In this document: positions 56,280-64,000 of the stretch, in pieces
How positions within the stretch are numbered: the first letter of the stretch is position 1
Layout: each line of letters starts with the position of its first letter
Source: Podarcis pityusensis
Lineage: Eukaryota
NCBI GenBank assembly: GCA_964106645.2
Contig: OZ067046.1
Reading direction: 5' to 3' (one strand)
Length of the DNA stretch: 64,000 bases
Notes under the pieces: generated by a model
What the model was told of the DNA's origin: nothing
What the model saw: only the letters and a program-made list of their open reading frames with translations
Database searches by the model: none
Position numbers and translations under genes: made by a program

Positions 56280-57430
56280 TTCTGCAAATACTGTAACGCC
56301 ACTGGCGTCCTGGGGCGCGGTTTGCATGCATGTGGTGTGTGCGTTCCGTCGGGCAAAAGCCTCCTGCTGCAGACACATTCCATCACCTCCCACTTCCCCA
56401 GTTCTGCAGGCCCTTCTCGTTGTCCTAGTCCAGGCTGTTCCGCTGAAGGTGAGGGGGCAGCGGGGAAGGCTCCCGCCCCCTCGCAGGTCCCCACCGCCCT
56501 GGGGGCCAGGCCAGCACGGAAAGGCTACCGCTTTGAAGAGAGCCGCAGGGCAAGCTGAGCGCACGCACGCACGCACGCACGCAGGCAGGGCGGAGCCGCG
56601 GCGCTTGGATTGGCCGAAGTCTCGCCTTTCGTCGCCGCCTCGCTCTTCCCCGTCTCTCCCGCGTCTCCGCCTGTCACTCTTGTCTGAACAGGAGAAGCTC
56701 TCCAGGCGACGAGGCGAACCCTTGCGCGGCAGCCCACTCTGCGCTGCTGCTGCTGCTGCCGCCGCCGCCACCACCACCACCACCATGCACCTCTGCAGCT
56801 TCGCGTGGCGCCCTCTGGTCCGCCGCCTCACGCAAGGGGCTGCCCCCTTCGTCCGTGGACACGGTGAGTTGGGGGGGGGGGAGGAAGGGTCGCGCGCGTG
56901 GCTGCGCCGTCGAAAAAGCCCCCCAGAAGCCCGCCGAGGCGAGGAGCGGGGGCTGGTGACGAGCCGCGTGGCTCTGCTGGGCGAGGAGGGCGCGCAGAGG
57001 TTGAGGGCGCCGGTGTTTGCGTTGGCTGCCTGGGAAAGGAGACACGAAGGTCACGGCGCTGAGGCAATGGAGGGGAGCCGAGAGGACGCGGCTCCTGGCG
57101 CTCAGGAGAGCCGCTTCGCGTTCGCCCAGCCCCTCGGCGCCAGCGAGACCCAGGAGGCTCTTCCTGGCGGCGGCGGAGCAGCAGCATCTTAAGCCCGGCG
57201 TGGGGGGGGGGAGAAGAAAGCCACAAGAGCCTCTTGGTGTTTTTCTGTTTCCCCTCCGAAGTTATTTTGGCTAGCGGAGAACAGGGTGGGACTGTTTGCC
57301 GGAGGGGAAAAGATGACAGCCAGAATCACACACACACATACCCCGGGCCAGTGTGTAAGCAGCTGACAGAAATTCAGGCTGAAGGGAGAGAAAACGGCGC
57401 AGGGTGTTGGAGAGGGAGAGTCCGGGAAAA
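56280..57430. promoter_or_regulatory. CpG island / MGARP promoter and first exon
   Basis: GC/CpG-rich; GC box, inverted CCAAT at about 56608, (GCAC)n at 56561-56583. Confidence 0.85.
56785..56863 (+). CDS. MGARP: MGARP exon 1
   Basis: accATGCAC...CAC G|gtgagt. Confidence 0.88.
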
Positions 57431-60400
57431 ATTAATAAAGGGCTGGGGATTTCCCTTCTTACTGGGCATGTGAATGTGGCTGAGGTAGCACAAATTGGCG
57501 AGAACTTGCTGATTCTGCTCATAAAATAATCCGTCCTCTATCTGCACAGTGTACGTTCTTATCCGCGAGGATCGATCTGGGCCTTTCTAGGTTAGAAAGA
57601 TGGATCCTGCTAGTTAAGGACTGTACACTGGTTATACTAGCCCATATCTATGTCTAGTAGTCTGTTTTGCCCTCAGGGGATGGATTCGGATTAGCGGTGC
57701 TGCAGGTGAGATAGCCACACTGCTCTTTAATACCGAGGGTGTCAGTGGGACAGACGACTGTGTTTGAGGATATTTTGTCCAAGCAGTATGATTTCTTCCC
57801 TGAAAGTTTTGTAAACTGGCAAGAGTCAGATTGGTGCTTCCATTGTTTGTTTATTATTAGGTTTGACAAGCATATACTTAAAATGCTAAACATACGTTAA
57901 TAAATGGCCTGGGCAGTGGGATAGGGGAAGGTTGTAGCCCCATTACTGACATCAAATAGGAGTGTATGGCCATATTCCACATGACTGTGCATTTTTCCTA
58001 GTTATATAATAGTATGACTTGTGTAATGTAGGAATGCAGTAGCAGAAGTTCTGTCTTGAAAGATGCCACAATTCTCCCAAAACAACGTAGTTTAAATCTG
58101 CACCATTTATTGATTGAAAAAACACTACAGGAGTGCTTATATGGGGCATTGCGGTAGGCAGTGGCGTAGCGTGGGGGGTGCAGGGGGGGCCGGCCGCACC
58201 GGGCGCAACATCTGGGGGTTAGGGTTAGGGGGCGCAAATCCACTGGTTAGGGGGTGCAAATCCACGGGTTAGGGGGCGCAAATTACTTGCCTTGCCCTGG
58301 GTGCTGACAACCCACGCTACGCCACTGGCGGTAGGGACTGTGTGATGAGGCCCTCAGGTATCTTACATTATTAATTTCAAGACAAGATGGTTAGACTAGA
58401 GAAACTCTCTGGAGCAAGGGAGAAAAATCCATGTCCATCCTTTTTAAAACATTTGCGTTATCATAGAATCATAGAATTGGAAGAGAACCTGAGGATCATC
58501 TAGTTCAACCCTATCTAGTTCAATTCCTAGACACAGGAATATGCAGCTATCCCATACGGGGATCAAACCTGCAACCTTGGTGTTCTCAGCACCATGCTCT
58601 AACCAACTGATTTATCATGCCCCATTCAAAAAAACAAATGAACACCAGGCTTAAACTTCATTCTGGTCAGCATATTCAAGTCCACATTAAGAATGTCTTA
58701 AAATTATATTTTCACTTTGTATTACCGGGTTATTCTGTGCCAATCATCAGGTGCAGAAACTTTTCCTGGGATTCACCTTCTCACGTGAAAGGGCATTATG
58801 TTGTTGTTATGGGGAAAGACTAGCTCAGTGGTAGAGTACATGTTTTGCATGCTGAAGATCTGAGTGTCTCCAGGTAGGACTAGGAAAGGCTCTGGACAGC
58901 ATTAACAACTGCTTCTCCTGTTAATAGGTCGGTTTGATCTATTACCAATAACTTATGAAAATGCTAAGTGCAACAGTGGATTTGTATGATCCAAAGAACT
59001 ATTGATCCTGTCTTTATCTTAGATTATGAGATTTGTAGCTGATATATTTCTTTTAAAAGATCTCTAGATTATCTCAATTACAGCATGTTGAGCTTACTGA
59101 TTTGTTTTGTGTTTTTAGTATTATCACTAATATTATAGCTTTCGTTTTCGAAGCACCTTTCCGCCAGATGTCATCTGGAAGCGTTCCTGGATCTTCTGGG
59201 GAGAACTTTATTTATTATCTTCTCGTTGCTGGTGCTGCTGCAGCAGGAGGTTTTTTAGTGAGTGCTTTCTTTACACATCTGTTTACATTGTCCAAAAACT
59301 CCCAATCTTCTCAACAGGACAGAGAAATGATAATGTAGTCAAACCAAAATTTAAGTTGGAACTTCACTTACAATGTTTTCTGGTAGCAAGCTGCTGACTT
59401 TGAGACCAAAATCCTATACATACCTGCTTACCTAGAAATAATCCTCATTGAACTAATGGGATTTGGGTAGACGTACATTGGGTTGTGTTGCAAAAGTCAA
59501 GTGTTTAATCCAACATTTTACGGCAGAGGTGGGAATTTACAGCCTTCCAGATATTGCTGAACTATAACTCCCATCATTCCTGATCATTGACCATGATGGC
59601 TGGAATTGATGGGAACTGGAGTTCAACAACAAATGGGGAGAGGCAACAAGTCGCTCGCCTCTTATTTTATGGACTAAATTTATGTCTAAATTTTAAGGGG
59701 GAAAATAAGTAATGATTGTGAGAGTGCTCCATTCCAAAATAACTTTTTGATGATAAACCACTAAAGCTGGAGTCTTTACTGGGGTTGGGTGACTTGTTTC
59801 TGCTTATTGCTATAATGCAGTAATATTAATGCACATTTTCCTGTCAAAGCAGACTGCGAAACTAGATTTATCCAGAAAGAAAATACTAGAACTACAGGCC
59901 AAGGCTATGCACATTTACTAGAAGTAAATCCTTCTTACTTCAATGATGACAACTTAAAGTTAAAATTAGACATATCCTAAATGTCAAGGTGATTGTACAT
60001 AGCAATAGATGGGTTTTAGGATAGTTTTCCAAGAAAAGTTTTCTTGGAAATTGGAAGCAAATGTCAGTGGCAGTTCTAGTATAGTCTTTGTGTCAAAGAT
60101 GGGCATTAGAAATAATAATTGTAAAGTTTGTTCAATCAATATGATGAATTCAAAGAGCCTGCAGTCTCAAGTATGTGTGTTGGTGCTGGGGATAGTTATG
60201 CTTCCCAGTCCCATGCAGCTACCAGTATTTAACTTAAGATTGTATCATCCATAGCTATGGATTGTGTAACGAAACAAACCTACATAAAAAATCATGGTGA
60301 AAAGGCTGCATGAACTCATTGTCATGTATAGTTTGATGCTTACACTGATTGTTCCTACTGACTGATCCTACCTGTTCTACCTTCTCAATATGTAAATGTA

Positions 60401-60488
60401 GTAAATGGACACCAAGACATTCTTCCCACCAAAGGAAATGAGCTTTGTACTACTTCCCACCACTCAGGAATGCAATATTTTAATATTT

Positions 60489-60530
<42 letters not shown>

Positions 60531-63310
60531 TATGTTATTCATCTTCTAACTAGTACCTAGGAGATTAACCAGCTGAATCGAGCATTCAGTTGTCTTTGTC
60601 TAATCTTCATTAGTTGCTACACATTTCGGCTTTGATTTTCAGAACTTGGAAATTATATCAATAGAGCTTAATTCTAAGTAATATATGTTTGAATAGCAGT
60701 GCTTGTTTAACCATTGTTTATTGCTATCATAAGTTTTATTACAAAAATAACACTAGTCGTCAAAATGTTATTGCAAACATTGGCTAAATAAATAGTAGAA
60801 GATATGCCATAAAACTTTTTGTAAGGTTATACTATAACATTTCTACCTGTTTAAGCAAACAGAAAATAAAATACAAACAACAGTCTTACATTGCCTTAAC
60901 CTTACCTTTAATGTAGTGGAAAAAAGTAAAACTCTTTTTTTGGTTGGTTGGTAAAGTAGAATCATTTCCCCACCCTTAAATTTCAAATTTCATTTTTAGT
61001 GTGGACTTCCAGTTCTGGTTTGCATGTCATGCTGAGCCAAACCATGGCTTAGTGCAGATGTGCAAGCTTTTGGAGAGGAGATCCTTGCCCATCATTCTGC
61101 TGTTGTGCTGCACTTGTTGTAAGCCAAGAATGGCTTATCTTCTGAGTTACGCCAATAAAACTCAGAGACAAGAGGAGTTAGACTCAGTTTAGTATGCCAT
61201 GAGCTCAGGCCCTTGGGTTAGTTCTCTCTAGACTAACCATGAATTGAAAGCAAGGATTGTCCACTAGTTCATGGTTCATCCAGCAGAGCTAACTCATGAG
61301 CCCAGGTTCAGGGGCGTAGCCAGGGGGTGCAGTAGGTGCACCTCGGGTGTCGCCACTGGGGGGGGGGAACAAAATGGCAGGCGGCACTCACCGTGGGGCC
61401 TGCAGCGTGCCCGAGCCACACGTCTCTGGCGCCTGCAGACTCCATGCTGTCTGCCTACTGCCTCCCCCCCCCCCAGCTGTAGGGCGGCTGAGGCCCCATG
61501 GCACCCCCCGTTCCTATGGGTGCCACATGTCCCGTCCTGTCTCTATGGGTGTCATGCGCCCCGTCCTGTCCCTATGGGTGCCGCCCGTCCTGTCCCTCCC
61601 TATGGGCACTGTGCCTATGGGTGGGTCACCTCGCTCCTGGGCACGCTGCCCCAGGTTCATATAACATACAAAACCATCGCTTAGCTGAGTGCAGCAGCAA
61701 AACAAGCAGCTGCTGCCTGAGAGTTTATACATTTTTGCTAAGCCATGGCTTGGCTTAGCGTGATATGCAAGCCAGGTCAATGTGTTGTCGCTCTTAATAG
61801 AACTTTGAATCTGACTCTAATTAATAGATCATTTCGTCTGATTTTAATATTCTGAAGAGGGTTTTAATCAAACCTTAAATACTTTGATACACCGTATTTT
61901 TTGCTCTATAAGACTCACTTTTTCCCTCCTAAAAAGTAAGGGGAAATGTGTGTGCGTCTTATGGAATGAATGCAGGCTGCGCAGCTATCCCAGAAGCCAG
62001 AACAGCAAGAGGGATTGCTGTTTTCACTGCGCAGGGATCCCTCTTGCTGTTCTGGCTTCTGAGATTCAGAATATTTTTTTTCTTGTTTTCCTCCTCCAAA
62101 AACTAGGTGCGTCTTGTGGTCTGGTGCGCCTTATAGAGCGAAAAATACGGTAATTTTTATAAAGCTGGAATAGGGTGTTAGTTTAATTTATATATTTTTA
62201 TCTCTCATTTTAATCTATTAAAGGAAATTTATTAACATTCCTGTGTTTGTATGCATATATTCATATATTGCATTTTGGTGATAGAGTTTATATGTTTTAT
62301 TAATCTTTATTTATGATCTGTGTTTGTTCTTATTTTATTCCTGGTTTGCAGTGGCTTTTGGCTATAAGCAATTACGTTTGATCGTTAATGTTTAATCTGA
62401 CCCTCTTCTTTAAAAAGGCTAGCCTATGTATAAAAATACTCACTGTGATCTCTATACATTTTACTCACCCCCCCCCCCATATCATGTTGGCTGAAAAGCA
62501 AATCCTGGAATTTGGGAGACATTGGAAAGTGACTTTAACGCAGTGCAAGAAGCCAACTAGTAAAAAAAGGACACTTTATCTAGTAGAGAGCAGCAAATCA
62601 GAGTATGAGTTATTTGGAGACTGCCCATTCATGCCAAAAATAAATATACGCACAACAGTGTTTCCATGTGCCTAAGAGGCCCTTTAGAAACTAGCCTTGG
62701 AGTAAGCACTAGAAAGATCTAAAAGTTGACATGCTGGATTATTTGTAGCACAGTGATTTTGTTTTGCATTTATGGAAAAGTTAGTAAAAGCTGAGAGTCT
62801 TACATGGAATATAAGAAAGACACATTCTTCATTGATTGGTGCAACTTGATTATGTTTATATGTACAAAGAAAGTGGTAGAAGTCCACCTCCACATTATAA
62901 TTTGGAATGCTATTTAGTCATTTCCCCCACTTGTCCCTTGGTCAATGATGTCACAATTGTTTTTTCCCCAACCTGAACTTTATGTGAACAGTTTTGTATG
63001 GAATATTGGTTTGTTTTTTTCTATCCCATGTTCTGACACTACAAGCATTCCCTAAATGGAAGTGGGTGGAGCTACAGATTATGTGGGATTTGGTTCATTT
63101 CCCCCCTTGATGATATGTATTATTTTTGCAAACTATAAAAATTAATAGGAAAAGCAAAGAACACAGTCTTGGCATATGGAGATAAGTGCAATTATTATTT
63201 TTAGGCCTACAGAACGGTTACTTCTGACAAATCCAGGTACAACGAACGTATCAGTGATATGCAGCAAAGAACTGTAGCAGAATGGAAACCAAAACCGTGG
63301 CCTCCTCAGT
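56785..63310 (+). CDS. MGARP: Mitochondria-localized glutamic acid-rich protein, partial (exons 56785-56863, 59154-59257, 63205-63310; acidic last exon beyond window)
   Basis: MHLCSFAWRPLVRRLTQGAAPFVRGH-APFRQMSSGSVPGSSGENFIYYLLVAGAAAAGGFL-AYRTVTSDKSRYNERISDMQQRTVAEWKPKPWPPQ; R.MSS..PG.SG.N.IYYL.VG and AY.TVTSD motifs; synteny with NDUFC1. Confidence 0.92.
58159..58327. mobile_element. Young hAT MITE containing TTAGGG motifs
   Basis: 17-bp perfect TIR CAGTGGCGTAGCGTGGG / CCCACGCTACGCCACTG; perfect 8-bp TSD GCGGTAGG. Confidence 0.92.
58459..58610 (-). mobile_element. tRNA-derived SINE with CR1-like tail
   Basis: (ATCATAGA)2 ATTGGAAG...ATCATCTAGTTCAACCC tail; minus-strand head TCAGTTGGTTAGAGCATGGTGCTGAGAACACCAAGGTTGCAGGTTTGATCCCC with A/B boxes. 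Confidence 0.8.
59154..59257 (+). CDS. MGARP: MGARP exon 2 (TM segment)
   Basis: ttcgttttcgaag|CA CCT...TTT TTA|gtgagt. Confidence 0.9.
60491..60525. repeat. (AC)17 microsatellite
   Basis: Direct reading. Confidence 0.98.
61016..61776. mobile_element. Palindromic non-autonomous DNA element (about 38-bp TIR) hosting a nested hAT MITE at 61309-61649
   Basis: Host TIRs CTGGTTTGCATGTCATGCTGAGCCAAACCATGGCTTAG / CTAAGCCATGGCTTGGCTTAGCGTGATATGCAAGCCAG; insert starts CAGGGGCGTAGCC and is flanked by direct repeat CCCAGGTT. Confidence 0.75.
61892..62150. mobile_element. Tc1/mariner-type MITE (CCGTATTTT family)
   Basis: CCGTATTTTTTGCTCTATAAG...CTTATAGAGCGAAAAATACGG|TA; internal 25-bp inverted repeat. 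Confidence 0.85.
63205..63310 (+). CDS. MGARP: MGARP exon 3
   Basis: attttttag|GCC TAC...CAG T|gtaagt. Confidence 0.9.
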
Positions 63311-63599
63311 GTAAGTTGAGAATTTATGCATTTACAAATGATACTTCAATGTTAATTGTCTTAAGGGCATTTTGTTTTGTTTTTTAAAACAGCAAAGACA
63401 GGAGTGGGGGGGTGGAAATATAGAAGCTGCGAATCTGTTGAACTTTATGTTAGACTTTACATGGCTATGTATCAGAGTTCTGTTTAATTTAATTATTTTT
63501 GACAGGACTACAATGGTTCTAATTTAATGGCTCCTAGGTCCTAGAATATTATTGGTTGCAAGGTTTATATGCTACGTATGCATACATTGCTACTGTTAC

Positions 63600-63734
63600 C
63601 ATGGGCATAGCCAGGATTTATGTTAGGGAGGCAGACTTTATGTTGAGGGCCCCAAGAACTTCAGTTAGTTAAGTATTTTTATTGATTTACATGATGGGGG
63701 GGGGGGGCAGCTGCCGCACTTGGCTACACCCATG
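63600..63734. mobile_element. hAT MITE
   Basis: CATGGGCATAGCCA / TGGCTACACCCATG termini; imperfect TSD ACTGTTAC / ATTGTTAG. Confidence 0.7.
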
Positions 63735-64000
63735 ATTGTTAGTTTGCTCAGATACATTTGATCATTTTGTTGCAAAGAAAATGCAAAGACATTCCTGAAA
63801 GTGATTCAGTTCATGTAACACATAGTCTGGGATTGGTTGTTGGTTTTTTTTTTTTTTTAAAGATTTCATTAAGCATCACAGAGAAAAAATATAAAGCACT
63901 GAAGGTTGAACGTTTAGTGAAAGATAACTAATTACAGAACTCATATAACTAAAATTACAAAAGTGGTTTTGTTTGAGATCATAATTCCAGTCAGTCAGCA

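Noticed and set aside
56083-57192. 369-aa ORF (and overlapping minus-strand ORFs) across the MGARP CpG island
   Set aside because: Starts at TTG, is low-complexity and GC-driven, and reads through the GTGAGT donor at 56864; only 56785-56863 is MGARP-like

Overview
Eukaryotic genomic DNA from a squamate reptile, most likely a lacertid lizard (inferred from Sauria SINE, BovB, tRNA-Lys/CR1-tailed and Squam3-type SINEs). It holds the conserved vertebrate block RAB33B (-, 2 coding exons, 229 aa), NAA15 (-, 20 coding exons, 865 aa, one U12-type intron), NDUFC1 (+, 3 coding exons, 76 aa) and MGARP (+, first 3 coding exons, rest beyond the window). There are four CpG-island promoters, a 140-N gap and many LINE, SINE and MITE relics. 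The most notable observation is a fifth gene that the ORF track does not reveal: four phase-compatible GT-AG exons on the + strand (1548-4314), convergent with RAB33B. They splice into the C-terminal 149 aa of an MS4A/CD20-like membrane protein with a juxtamembrane Cys cluster and a terminal PPPY/YxxM motif. All exon coordinates were read by hand from splice signals and frame continuity. Gene and repeat names rest on recalled family sequences, not on database searches.
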